64,000 nt of DNA. Source: an uncultured virus (IMG/VR IMGVR_UViG_3300028490_000394) (taxonomy: Duplodnaviria > Heunggongvirae > Uroviricota > Caudoviricetes). The stretch is taken from the IMG/VR virus record IMGVR_UViG_3300028490_000394; one strand, written 5' to 3'. The translations under genes and the position numbers were made by a program. Numbering within the stretch: position 1 is the stretch's first letter; the number at the start of each line of letters is the position of its first letter. The notes under the pieces were generated by a model. It had not been told where the DNA came from and searched no databases. It was given only the letters and a program-made list of their open reading frames with translations. Positions 40,711 to 51,276 of this stretch are shown here, piece by piece.

Positions 40711-40920
40711 ATGAAAAATTATGATTTAATTGCAGCATTACTGCAGGAAGACCTTAATGCTTGTGTTAAGTTTAATGGTCTTGACGTAAAAGGTGTTGAA
40801 TTTGTGGGGAAGGCTTTGTATTTGACTAGCGATAAAATTGACACACCTTATGTTGAGCATGAAGATACTCACGAACGTATAGAAAAAATTAAACAGATCG
40901 CTGCTATTCTAAAATCTTAA
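40711..40920 (+). CDS. hypothetical protein
   Basis: RBS and promoter. Confidence 0.55.
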   Translation: MKNYDLIAALLQEDLNACVKFNGLDVKGVEFVGKALYLTSDKIDTPYVEHEDTHERIEKIKQIAAILKS

Positions 40921-40976
40921 TCCTGGAGCTGAATTCCTCGCACCCTTGGGTCTGGTTGTTCATTCCTGGAATTTGT

Positions 40977-42278
40977 TTAGTATATGTACGCTCTAGTTGA
41001 GAGAAAGAATAATGCTGCTACGATTATAATCGTTAATCCAGTTGCAATATATAGTAGTTTATCTATTTTTTCAGTCATTAGAATTCCTATTAATATAAAA
41101 CCTGAACCAGACATTAACCATGAATTCATGTTTCCATAACCAAATATAAACTCTGCAGATAAACCTAGTAAAAAGAAATATAATAATCTATATCTAGCTT
41201 CTTTTACTATTATCTGAACGATATTCTTCACAGTATAAATCCTCTTGTTACTTGAAAGTATACTGCAGCACCAATCATAATTCCAAATCCAAACATGAAA
41301 TCTAATACTTTATCAAACTTCTCTTTTGAAACAAACACTCCTAACACTATGAATGCCATGCCTACTATTACATATGAGAATATGTTTTCATATCCAAACA
41401 TTTTTTGTGTAATGAATCCTAATATGAAGAATCCTATCAATCTTATGATTTGATTGTTCATTATGTTGTCTTTTTCTACTGTTTTATTTTGTACCATTTT
41501 ATTTCCTTTTTTTATTTTTTGGTTCAAACTTCTTTAGATCTAATTAAAGTTCTAAGAAACAACTCTTTTCCATTTTCTAATTTATTATATCTTTCAAATT
41601 TTTTATCAACTGATAAGGCTTCTATATTATTTATATATTCATAATTTAAATAAGGAACTAAATAACATGCCTCGACTTTGAATTCGTCGTCATATATATG
41701 TAGCGCCTCTCCTCTTTTCTTTAGATATATTGTTTGTGGTGGTTTATTGTCTTCACCCTTAAATATTACTCTAAAATTTATGCTATTCATTTTTAGCAGC
41801 TCTGTATGTTTTGCTACCAACTGCATAAGTAATTGTAGAAGCGTGTCACTGTGTTTTATACCATGTATTGATACATTCAATTTATCACTCATTATTTATG
41901 TGCCTCTATTCCAAATTTTTTTGTTCTTACTATCTCTTCTTTATCTAATGATTCTAGTCCATAGTACAATGGGTTTTTTCTAGCTGACATTTCAACTTCT
42001 GCTGGAATATCTGATATTTCTATACTTTTTTCAAAAGATCTCTCTTCTGTTGATATTGTTAACTCATTTCCATATCTAGTAAGGTACATTTCAATGAAGT
42101 AATCTTTTAGACCAGGCATTGGGGTTTTTATTTTTATTGTTATATTGTCTATCACTTCATATGAATAAACTATATGCATTACCAGTGTTGCCAGTCTATA
42201 AATAGAAAAGTTGTTTTTTGATAATTCTTTTTTATCATAATTCACTGTTAAGCTTGTATTATTGTATTTAAATTTCAT
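40977..42278 (-). CDS. operon: two paralogous small membrane proteins (40977-41231, 41228-41497) and two related hypothetical proteins (41524-41892, 41892-42278)
   Basis: FGY.N..S..EK.DK..TR shared by the membrane pair; overlapping ORFs. Confidence 0.6.
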
Positions 42279-42373
42279 TTAACCACCTTTCTTTTTTATA
42301 TTATACACATTTAAGCTTATATTTAGGTAAAATTTCTTTTTTTTGGTATAATTTGTTAAAAAAGGATTGAATT

Positions 42374-42910
42374 ATGAACGAATTTGACGAATTTGAATTG
42401 GAAGATAACTATGCAGAGGTTGAAAAAGAGAAGAAAGAAGCAAAAGCTTTCGAAGAATATAAGCATGATATGTTAGAAGCATACATTGGTACTCCTGAAA
42501 AACCTGAAAAAGTTGATTGGTATGAAGAAGCTTTTAGAGATCTCGAATATGGAAAATGGAAATGGAGTTGGTGGGCATTCCTTAGTGGATACCTTTTCTT
42601 ACTTTACCGTAAACAATATCTATTATCTTTAATGTTACTTCTTCTTTCTATCATTACTGCTATTATACCTGGAGCTGGTTTGGTTCTTGTTATTATGGCC
42701 GGTGGTTTTAGTGTGCACTTTATCCGAGCTGACTTTATTGAAAAAGGGAAACTCATTGAAGAGAAGTATTCTACCTCTGAAGAACGTATTGACAAAATGA
42801 GAGAGATTGGTGGTAAAAACAATTGGGTTATATGGCTTAGTGCTTTTCTTGCTGTTTCTTTTATTTCTTTATTTGGTATAGTTTTCTTCTTACATGGACA
42901 AGCTGTTTAA
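42374..42910 (+). CDS. DUF2628-like membrane protein
   Basis: WSWWAFL..LYRK.Y and GG.N.W. Confidence 0.7.
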   Translation: MNEFDEFELEDNYAEVEKEKKEAKAFEEYKHDMLEAYIGTPEKPEKVDWYEEAFRDLEYGKWKWSWWAFLSGYLFLLYRKQYLLSLMLLLLSIITAIIPGAGLVLVIMAGGFSVHFIRADFIEKGKLIEEKYSTSEERIDKMREIGGKNNWVIWLSAFLAVSFISLFGIVFFLHGQAV

Positions 42911-43468
42911 ATGAAACTTCTTGGTCTCGTGGCTTTATTCGTTTTCCTATGGCTATCTTTTAAGAGTTTAGTCTTTGACGCTGAAGTGAAGTTTGAAAAA
43001 ATACACACAACAGAGCAAACTTCATTGACGGCTCTTGTTAATGAAGCTAAGCCAGACATTGTTAAAAGTATAAAAAAGACTATTTCTGATAGTAGACGTC
43101 GAACTAAACAGAAGGAATTCTTTTTAGCTAAGAAAAAATACTTCCCAGGACATGCGTTTTCTCATATGGACGATATCTATTTCTTTGATATGTATATTCA
43201 ATCTGAAGAATCTTTTATTGTTCTTATGAATGTTGCTGTTATTTTAAAATTAGATCTTGGGGAAATAGTTTATATTGGCTTGAACAAACACCCTACTACA
43301 AATAATATTGGTTCCATTACGTATCCTGCACTTCAAAAAAGGTTACCTTTACTCAAAACTCTTTATTCTAAAGATAATAAGTCTAGTTATCATACGTTGC
43401 TTAAGTCTATGAAACTTACTTCGTATGAAGACTTTTATCTTAAGTACTTAGAACTTCAAGATTCTTAA
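42911..43468 (+). CDS. hypothetical membrane-anchored protein
   Basis: N-terminal TM. Confidence 0.6.
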   Translation: MKLLGLVALFVFLWLSFKSLVFDAEVKFEKIHTTEQTSLTALVNEAKPDIVKSIKKTISDSRRRTKQKEFFLAKKKYFPGHAFSHMDDIYFFDMYIQSEESFIVLMNVAVILKLDLGEIVYIGLNKHPTTNNIGSITYPALQKRLPLLKTLYSKDNKSSYHTLLKSMKLTSYEDFYLKYLELQDS

Positions 43469-43842
43469 TATTCGTAAAAGCCGAGTATCCATTTAGCGTC
43501 CGGTACGTTTACTTGGTTATTCGTAACTATATCTAGAAGTTCCATAATTTCTGTATAAAACTCTTCGTAATAATCATTTGTCCATTCCATGTGCTCTTCT
43601 AGGTCAATCTCTTCTTTTGTCGTTTCTGAATTATCTCCAGCCTCATACTCATTTTTAAATCCAATTAAGGTTGAATGCCCTTCTTTGTGATATTCAGTAC
43701 CTACTGATATACTTGATACATATTGTAATGTTTCTTTTCTATCTCTTATCAATGATAATAGAAATAGTTCTTCTGATTCTGTTATTTTCAAATATTTTAT
43801 ATCAAAACCTCTAATAAGTTTAGATTCTCTATATGCAGACAT
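43465..43842 (-). CDS. hypothetical acidic protein
   Basis: ORF with RBS. Confidence 0.6.
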   Translation of the reverse strand: MSAYRESKLIRGFDIKYLKITESEELFLLSLIRDRKETLQYVSSISVGTEYHKEGHSTLIGFKNEYEAGDNSETTKEEIDLEEHMEWTNDYYEEFYTEIMELLDIVTNNQVNVPDAKWILGFYEY

Positions 43843-44131
43843 AGTAACACCTTTTTGTTTATTCTAACACCTATTATGTTAGATACAGCTTATTTATGTT
43901 AGAATACATTAAAAAGGGGCTTATACTATGTTTGACTTTACTCATTTAGATCCATTCAATATCAATGTTCGAGAATTTGTTCTTATGTCTGGTGCAGAAG
44001 AACGAGACGCTTATTTAACCTATCTTACTAAAAACAGGAATAAAGCAGCTCGGGTTTCCTAAAATATTCTTATAACAAATGACAAGCATTTGATTTATTT
44101 CATTTGTATCTTATTATTTAAAGGAGTTTTT

Positions 44132-44808
44132 ATGAGAACTATTCAAAAACAACTCATTATCAATTCAAATTTCAATGCCAGAGCAATTATTGCAATGGCC
44201 AGAGTTAAGTCTTTTTTTGGATTTAACGTATTTTATAATGAAACACTTTACAATGTATCATTTATCGACGTGATACCACCTATTGTAGACGTTTCTCAGG
44301 AACTGGCTACTGTTACCCTTAATAAGGTTGCAAACGGTGAGAGAGGTCAGATTAAGATTCCTTTACGTGAACTTTTTCGTAATGGTAAACTTGCTACCGA
44401 TTTTGAAGCTGCTTATTTAAAGCTTAATCTATTTGAAAGAATAACTTTTTCAATTAAATTTAATCTTAAAAGGATTTTCTAATGATAGTTGATCCTAAAG
44501 ATTTCAATTTGGAGAGTTTACAAGCTGTAGATAAAGCTGGTAAATTTACACTTGGTTGGTATGTTACTTATCAATGTGTACTTTATATGGCAACGTTCTT
44601 TTTTATTGGAAAAGAAGACTCTGTTCTTCTTAATAAGGTTAAAGGTCGACACTCTTCTGAAACATTAACTGTTGAAGAATTCTTGACTAAAGCTAAACCA
44701 GCTGAAGAAAGACGTGTTCTTCAAGCTACGTCTACTATGCTTGGTTCAAAAAAATGTTACCAAACAATGACATACTTTTCTCTGGAGAATCCAAATGGCT
44801 ACTCCTGA
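44132..44808 (+). CDS. two hypothetical proteins (44132-44482, 44482-44808)
   Basis: AAGGAG RBS and TAATG coupling. Confidence 0.6.
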
Positions 44809-44880
44809 ATACATGGTGCTTTTCTTATTTCTAGCTATATCAGTAATGACTATAGTTGAAGTACGTAGAGGTTAATCTCC

Positions 44881-44905
44881 AGGGCTTCGGCCCTCTTTTT
44901 CTTTT
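44881..44905 (+). terminator. intrinsic terminator
   Basis: AGGGC-TTCG-GCCCT plus T-rich tail. Confidence 0.65.
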
Positions 44906-45008
44906 CAAGTTATTACTTTTCAGCTTACTCTTATCCATTTTTGTATATAATACATTCATAAGCAGCCAAAAGGCTTCTTAAATATAAACATTTACATAAA
45001 GGATACAC

Positions 45009-45512
45009 ATGTTACTTAAAGCATTTTTACTTATACTTCTCATTGGCGGAGTTGTTCTTTGGTTCACTTCTCGTAAAGAGGTTGCTGAGATTCAAGATAT
45101 TGCAGATTCTATTGAAAACGAAGGTCCAGAAGATATTGGTCTTAAAGATACAAAGCGTACAGGACGTCAAGTTAGTGGAACTAGCTCTGGCTCTAGAAAC
45201 TCTGGTCGAAAAGGTACCAATTATGACGACGATTATGACGACGATTGGGACGACGATAATACTATGTTAGCTGTTGCTGCAGCAGTTGTCCTATCTGAAG
45301 ATTCTGAAAACGACAGCATTGCTCCTAATGAAGACCCTTATGTTCCAGATCCTGTCGAGACTGAGCCTACTCAAGCTGAGATTGATTCTATTACAAGTAC
45401 TTCTTCATATGAAGATAACTCTACAACTCCTGATACTAGTTATAGTTCAGACTCTAGTTCAGACTCTAGTTCAGATTCTAGTTCAGACTCTAGTGGTGGC
45501 TCTGACGACTAA
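45009..45512 (+). CDS. membrane-anchored low-complexity acidic/Ser-rich protein
   Basis: N-terminal TM, DDDY repeats and SSDS repeats. Confidence 0.7.
   Translation: MLLKAFLLILLIGGVVLWFTSRKEVAEIQDIADSIENEGPEDIGLKDTKRTGRQVSGTSSGSRNSGRKGTNYDDDYDDDWDDDNTMLAVAAAVVLSEDSENDSIAPNEDPYVPDPVETEPTQAEIDSITSTSSYEDNSTTPDTSYSSDSSSDSSSDSSSDSSGGSDD
45443..45494 (+). repeat. 12-bp tandem repeat (TAGTTCAGACTC x4, in frame)
   Basis: Read directly; one copy has a C>T change. Confidence 0.85.
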
Positions 45513-45817
45513 TACTCGTCTTTTTATATAGGTTTGTCGCATATAGTTCTTAATATAAGGTATTATATGTGCATGAACCTTTTCTATTTCTCTTAATTCT
45601 CACTCAATAAATATCTCAATCTATGTTTTCTTATAATATCTTAATTAAAAACCCTATAACAACCCATAAGCAATTGATTTATTTCTTTTGTTAAATTTAT
45701 ATAAGGAGTCATTATGACTATTTTAAAAAGTTTTTTGGTATTTGCTCTTGCTATTACAGCATTTTTGGGTATGATTGTTTTTGGCATGACTATCCCTTCA
45801 GTTTAAAAGGAACGATT

Positions 45818-46459
45818 ATGCGACATAAAAATTTCAGCATTATTACTGATTTCGGTTGTCCGTTTAAGTGTTCTTTCTGTATTACAGATAGTCAGAATAC
45901 AAAAAAAGACTTTGAGTTCTCTCAAAGAACTATACAAGACATTAAGTCTGTACTTTTAGACGGACGTTATACTCGTTTATCTATTTCTGGTGGAGGAGAA
46001 CCTTTGTTCTTCCATAACCCAGATATTAGATTATTTTTTGAATCTATTATTTCTTTCTGTAAGGCAAGAGGTATTGAAATTCATGTTCATACAAATATTG
46101 ACAAACCTATATCTCAAGAATTTTTATCTTCTTTTGATAAAGTTGTTGTCTCTATTAATCATGATAACTATCAGGATAAAATGGCCGCTTGGTCTGTCCT
46201 TCCTTCTGTTAGATACGTTCATGTTTCTAATGGTTGTGATATTATTATGGTGTCTAGAATGGCTTCTAATTTACCTACTGGGCACCAACTTACTGTTAAA
46301 CAGTTAGACGGTACACCAGATAGTGATATGGAGCACTTGAAATTAGCCATGGTTCCTCTTAAAGGCGCATTGTTTTTACCTTCTGGTGATTATAATACGT
46401 ATTATTCTTTAAGAGATAATCGTGTCTATGACAGATTCAAGGATATCAAATTTGCTTAA
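45818..46459 (+). CDS. radical SAM protein (compact)
   Basis: CPFKCSFC, SISGGGEPL and HTN. Confidence 0.85.
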   Translation: MRHKNFSIITDFGCPFKCSFCITDSQNTKKDFEFSQRTIQDIKSVLLDGRYTRLSISGGGEPLFFHNPDIRLFFESIISFCKARGIEIHVHTNIDKPISQEFLSSFDKVVVSINHDNYQDKMAAWSVLPSVRYVHVSNGCDIIMVSRMASNLPTGHQLTVKQLDGTPDSDMEHLKLAMVPLKGALFLPSGDYNTYYSLRDNRVYDRFKDIKFA

Positions 46460-46519
46460 CGGCCTAAGTCCCTCTTCCGGGGCTTGAAATAGAGGTTCCC
46501 AAAACGGGAACTTTTCTTA

Positions 46520-46975
46520 TTGGAGAATCTTATGAAAAAATTATTACCTTTACTTTTGTTATTTACCTCATTTTCTTTTGGCTGCATAGGTGGTCCAGGG
46601 ATTATTATTATATTGATTGTAATCCCTATCATTCTTTCTATATTGTATATTTTATCAAGCTATTTTTTACTAAAATCAACTAAAATGGAACTTGTTAAAA
46701 ATAAAGATAAACTTTTTTTGAAAAATATTGGTGAATTCTTTTTTATGGTTGTACTGTTGAATATTTTCTCTGGATCTATAATTTTATTTTTTGTTGATAC
46801 TGCTGAGTTTAATTTTTTATTCACTATTGTATCTATCTTAACCTATATATCTGGAGTCTATTTATATTGGGGTGTTTTCTTTAAGGAAGCTAAAGTTTTT
46901 AAAATTGTTTTTTTTAAATTTGCTTTATTACTTTTACAGATTTTATCATTATTCTTGCTATCTTTAACTCTATAA
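46520..46975 (+). CDS. hypothetical membrane protein
   Basis: Multiple TM helices. Confidence 0.6.
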   Translation: MENLMKKLLPLLLLFTSFSFGCIGGPGIIIILIVIPIILSILYILSSYFLLKSTKMELVKNKDKLFLKNIGEFFFMVVLLNIFSGSIILFFVDTAEFNFLFTIVSILTYISGVYLYWGVFFKEAKVFKIVFFKFALLLLQILSLFLLSLTL

Positions 46976-46998
46976 GAGTCTGGTAAGGGGAACACCCC

Positions 46999-47517
46999 TT
47001 AACCTGTTGGAAAACCATGTGCTCCACATGAACCGTAGCTTCCGCCACCACATGAGTCATATGTTTTCTCTTCTTTTTTCTGAGGTTCTTCACTTGCACC
47101 ACATGAACCATAATTTACATTAGACCCATTACCACAAGAATTATAATCTTCACTTTCATTTGGATTACCCCCTGCTAGTGTTCTTCCATTCTCCATATCA
47201 TTTTTCAACTTTATTTTAAGTCTTTCAACTTTATTTTGACATTCAATCATTAGACTTCTTTTTGAAGGAAAATCTTTCATATTTTCAATATCTTTTTCAT
47301 ATGCAATAATTTTTGCTGTCAATGGTAACTTTTTCTTGCTTTTCTTGTTCTTTTTTGCTTCTAATTTAAGTTTTAATCTTCTTATTTCTGAAGATTTTCC
47401 TCTCATATCTGCTCGCTGAGGTATTGGATACATTTTGTTTCTTTTGATAATCTTTTCTAGTTTTTTGATTCTAGTTTTGATTTCTTTTTTTGTTTTGTAT
47501 TTTTTTTTACGTGCCAT
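46999..47517 (-). CDS. Lys-rich protein with a C-terminal YxSCG repeat tail
   Basis: Start MARKK after AAGGAG; YNSCG, YGSCG, YDSCG, YGSCG. Confidence 0.7.
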   Translation of the reverse strand: MARKKKYKTKKEIKTRIKKLEKIIKRNKMYPIPQRADMRGKSSEIRRLKLKLEAKKNKKSKKKLPLTAKIIAYEKDIENMKDFPSKRSLMIECQNKVERLKIKLKNDMENGRTLAGGNPNESEDYNSCGNGSNVNYGSCGASEEPQKKEEKTYDSCGGGSYGSCGAHGFPTG

Positions 47518-47518
47518 A

Positions 47519-47662
47519 CTACTCTCCTTGAGTTTTTTCTTCAGGATAATCAAGTAACTCTTGAAAACCTGTTTTTGTGAATGCTGCTTCAAGGTAAACT
47601 ACCATGAACCATACAACTGCTACTAACAATATAAAAATGAGTACATATCCAATTAATGGCAT
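47519..47662 (-). CDS. 47-aa single-TM protein (absent from ORF track)
   Basis: MPLIGYVLIFILLVAVVWF..; fills the gap between flanking genes. Confidence 0.5.
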   Translation of the reverse strand: MPLIGYVLIFILLVAVVWFMVVYLEAAFTKTGFQELLDYPEEKTQGE

Positions 47663-47663
47663 G

Positions 47664-48485
47664 CTAATCCTTTCTTGCTAATATAATTTTTTTCGCTTCC
47701 CAGTCTCTAGCAAGATCACCTGTTGGGTGTAATACTAGTTCATAAACTTCTCTTTCGTCAAATGCTTTTGACTCTGTAGGTTCATAATCTGAGGAATGAA
47801 ATTTCAAGTTTACACCAAAATACGTATACTCTGTTGTTAAACACACTGGACATTGACTTCTTCCTGTAGGTTTATATCCTAAGAATTTTAGTCTATCTTC
47901 CTGTGGTGAACTTTCATAGTTACCATATTGGTTTCTAAATGTGATAGATTGAACGTTGCAAAATCTTGCAAAATCAACCCACTCACTAAGTGTATCTGTA
48001 TGTGCTTCCGTTCTAACAGCATTAAAATTAACGTCGATACCAAACTTGTTTACATAATTTACAATTCCTTGCATATGTTTTGCATGTGGAACATTTTTTG
48101 TTTTAAAGATCTCTCTATTTACAGAGTCTCTTACCGCGTGTCTTGAGATATTAATATGATCAATACCTGTTAAGTCTTTGTACTTAAGTTTTACTCCATT
48201 TGTAGTTAGAACTACTTTATGAAATTTTCCTTTAGCCTTGTACTTATTAATTAGTTCCATTGTCTGTTCGAAAACAGGCGATAGAGTAGGTTCTCCTCCA
48301 GATATAGATATCTGTGTGAAGTTGGAAGGAAGACGCTTTAAAACTCTTTTCAGACTCTTTAAAAAAGCACCTTCACTATCTTCTCTTTTCCAGAAACAAA
48401 AATCGCAGTTCGCTTGACATGGGCCAGGCAATACTATCGTAAAGTTCGGGTTTGTGTTGTTTGTATATATTTCTAATGTTTTCAT
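47664..48485 (-). CDS. radical SAM protein
   Basis: CQANCDFC, SISGGEPTL, LTTNG, NISRH and an extra CPVC. Confidence 0.88.
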   Translation of the reverse strand: MKTLEIYTNNTNPNFTIVLPGPCQANCDFCFWKREDSEGAFLKSLKRVLKRLPSNFTQISISGGEPTLSPVFEQTMELINKYKAKGKFHKVVLTTNGVKLKYKDLTGIDHINISRHAVRDSVNREIFKTKNVPHAKHMQGIVNYVNKFGIDVNFNAVRTEAHTDTLSEWVDFARFCNVQSITFRNQYGNYESSPQEDRLKFLGYKPTGRSQCPVCLTTEYTYFGVNLKFHSSDYEPTESKAFDEREVYELVLHPTGDLARDWEAKKIILARKD

Positions 48486-48595
48486 AGAAATCCTTGTTAT
48501 AAATTTACAAATGATAAATCAAATGCATATCCATTGTTATAAGCCTCTTCTAAGTGATTATACTGTATACTTACTTAAAATATGAAAGGTCTATA

Positions 48596-50005
48596 ATGAA
48601 TAACACCCCTGTTCGCTCTTTTTCTTTGAGCCCTACTCTTTATCTTACTTCGGGAATACTTATCTTTGTTATGCTATTTCTTAGTGTTCTTTCCGTTCAA
48701 TATCAATTGGGTATTGTAGGTATTGTTGTCTTTATTAGATTCATTATTGTTACTGTCTCTGCCTATCAATATTCTAAAGGTTTCATTTTTCGTGAATATC
48801 CTAACCGGTTTGTATATACTAGTGGTGGAAAAGATCCACAAAAGTTTATCATTTTCAAAAAAGATATACTTAGTATCAGTCTTGAAGAATTTGGTTTATT
48901 TAATTTACCTAAAATTGTATTCTATTTAAAGAATGGTGGTCGACAATCTATATCTCATATTAAAAATGCTAAAAATATATATTTCATGGACCTTCCATGT
49001 AATGTAATTTCAATGAAAAAATAAAGGTCTCTAAATGAATACACATAAACAACCAGAACTTAAACAATTTTTAATTAGTACGTCTTATTGGATCGCGCCT
49101 ATAGTCTTAATAGTATTATTTATACCTCTTAGTATCGTTGTTAATTTTTTTCCTGCTTCTAGTAATATCTTTATTGATATTTCAGTTTTTATACTTGGTA
49201 TTATATTATTAGTACTTCTATTTTTAAAATTTTTAAATTTGTATTTCTATAGATTTTATGAAACAGAAGATACATATGTATTATCGGTACGTTTTGTTTC
49301 TTTTCGAAGTGAGACTATTATCCCTAAAACTAAAATTGATAGCATGTACGTTAAATATACTTCGATATTGTTGTTTCCTATCCCTATTCTTGTATTTAAA
49401 ATGAAAGACGGTACTAATATTGAAGTTAAGAATATTAAAGGTCCTGAGATATCTCTTTATTATATTGACCTTACTAAAAATATTTCAACAACAAAGGACT
49501 CTAAATGAGTATGTATCAAGAAACAAAAATCGAACCGTCTATTAAAGAATTTAGAGTAAGTCTTACTTATTGGGCTTCTACTCTTGCACTTTATTTACTA
49601 ACTGTTATTCCCGCAGGTAGCGTATATTACTTTTTAGAGCATGCAAACAAATCTGTCGTTTATAGTCCTGCTATATTTATAGTAACGTATGTTATTACCC
49701 TTTTATCTGCTATTTCATTTTTTATTTTACTTATTATTAAAATTAGATATATTGTTAACTATAGGTTCTATGAAACAGAGCATACATATGTTATATCTTA
49801 TGGTAGGATTAGAGGAATGGGTAGTTCTAACTCTATTATTGTTCTGAGAAAACAAGATATCAGTGGCCTAGCTATGGAATATTATGGTATGTTTAGACAA
49901 CCTATGCTTGTTTTCTATATGCGAGACGGTAGTCGTGTGCCAATTAAACACATTAAGGGGATTCGAAATATCTCTTTTTTACATTTGTTTGAGGAGGTTG
50001 CATAG
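48596..50005 (+). CDS. three paralogous two-TM plus PH-like domain proteins (48596-49024, 49035-49508, 49505-50005)
   Basis: Shared YRFYET..YV..K..I..P.LVF.MKDG..I..IK. Confidence 0.65.
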
Positions 50006-50532
50006 TGTCTAGTGAAATACTTCCTTCTACAGGACAATTACTTATTATTGGTGACTTTACAGAAGAACTTCTTGAACAAGTCTCTGGACAATTATTACTT
50101 ATGCAATATGACTACACTCATTTAAATATCTTTATTCATTCTGCTGGTGGATCTCTAACTGTAGGGTTTGCCCTTTATGATTTGATCCGGGAGCTTACGT
50201 GCACAACTTCTTGTATCGCCATGGGTGAACTTATGTCTGCTGCGACTCTTCCTTTTTTAGCTGGGGATCATAGATATGTATTTTCTAATACTCGTGTTAT
50301 GTTGCATGCTGGTTATTTTGAAGAACTTTCTGGAGGACTATCTGTCATGAAAGCTAACATGAAAGAACTTAAGAAGGATAACCAAACTCTTATTAATATC
50401 TATCACCATGAGATTGGTCACTCAAAAAAGAAGCTTCGTAGAGATTTGAAAAAGGATTTATTTATGAATGCCAGTCAGGCTATTGCTTATGGACTTGCTT
50501 CTGATACCTTTACTAAACAGAACACACTTTAA
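50005..50532 (+). CDS. clpP: ClpP-family serine protease
   Basis: IHSAGG, MSAAT (Ser), MLH (His), KDLFM..AIAYGL (Asp). Confidence 0.8.
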   Translation: MSSEILPSTGQLLIIGDFTEELLEQVSGQLLLMQYDYTHLNIFIHSAGGSLTVGFALYDLIRELTCTTSCIAMGELMSAATLPFLAGDHRYVFSNTRVMLHAGYFEELSGGLSVMKANMKELKKDNQTLINIYHHEIGHSKKKLRRDLKKDLFMNASQAIAYGLASDTFTKQNTL

Positions 50533-50591
50533 CTTCCTTTACACACTCTGTGCACACACCTGTGCTAGAATGTAATAAAAAAGGAGTTACT

Positions 50592-50861
50592 ATGACAAAA
50601 ATCATACTACTATCAATTATTACTACTGCAGCATTACTTGCTTCTTCCCCTACACCTCAATCATTTCAAGCTAAACAAGCTAAATGTCTTGGTTTCTTAA
50701 CTGAGGTTTCTATTTGTGTTGAGAAGTCAACAAATAAAAATGAACTTAAGGTTTGTAAGAAAATGATTCATGATAAAATGAAAGCTAATGAAATGAACCG
50801 AGAAAGAGCTGGTAGAAAGTGTAATGGTGGTAAGTGTGGACAAGGTAAGTGTGGGAGTTAA
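50592..50861 (+). CDS. exported Cys-rich protein with a GKCG-repeat tail
   Basis: Signal peptide; ends RKCNGGKCGQGKCGS. Confidence 0.7.
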   Translation: MTKIILLSIITTAALLASSPTPQSFQAKQAKCLGFLTEVSICVEKSTNKNELKVCKKMIHDKMKANEMNRERAGRKCNGGKCGQGKCGS

Positions 50862-50955
50862 ACACTTAACTCCCATATAGTAGATAACTTTTCTTATTTG
50901 GTGTATACTCGTTTTACATATATTGCATTATATGAATCTAATTTAAGGCTTCATT

Positions 50956-51255
50956 ATGACTAAAACTATCATATCTACACTACTTCTTTCAACAGTTGTC
51001 TTCTCTGCAAACAATAGCGTTGACACAAATAAAACTCATTCACCATTTATTATTATTGGGAAACAAACCGCTTGTTCTCAAACAGGTAAAACTCCTGCTG
51101 AAATAGATAAATGTAGAAATGTTGTTCAAAAACAAAAGTCTACTAAAGCGGCTTGTCACACATGTCCTTCATGTAATACTTCTAAATGTAAAACATGTAA
51201 CAAGTGTCACAAATGTAATTCGAACTCATGTAATTCATGTCCTGGTAAAAAATAA
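50956..51255 (+). CDS. exported protein with a metallothionein-like Cys-rich tail
   Basis: Signal peptide; CHTCPSCNTSKCKTCNKCHKCNSNSCNSC. Confidence 0.65.
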   Translation: MTKTIISTLLLSTVVFSANNSVDTNKTHSPFIIIGKQTACSQTGKTPAEIDKCRNVVQKQKSTKAACHTCPSCNTSKCKTCNKCHKCNSNSCNSCPGKK

Positions 51256-51276
51256 TTTACCCTGGACTTAATTGTT

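Noticed and set aside
50956..51255. CxxCH (CNKCH) suggesting a c-type cytochrome
   Set aside because: It sits in a low-complexity Cys-rich tail with no cytochrome fold context
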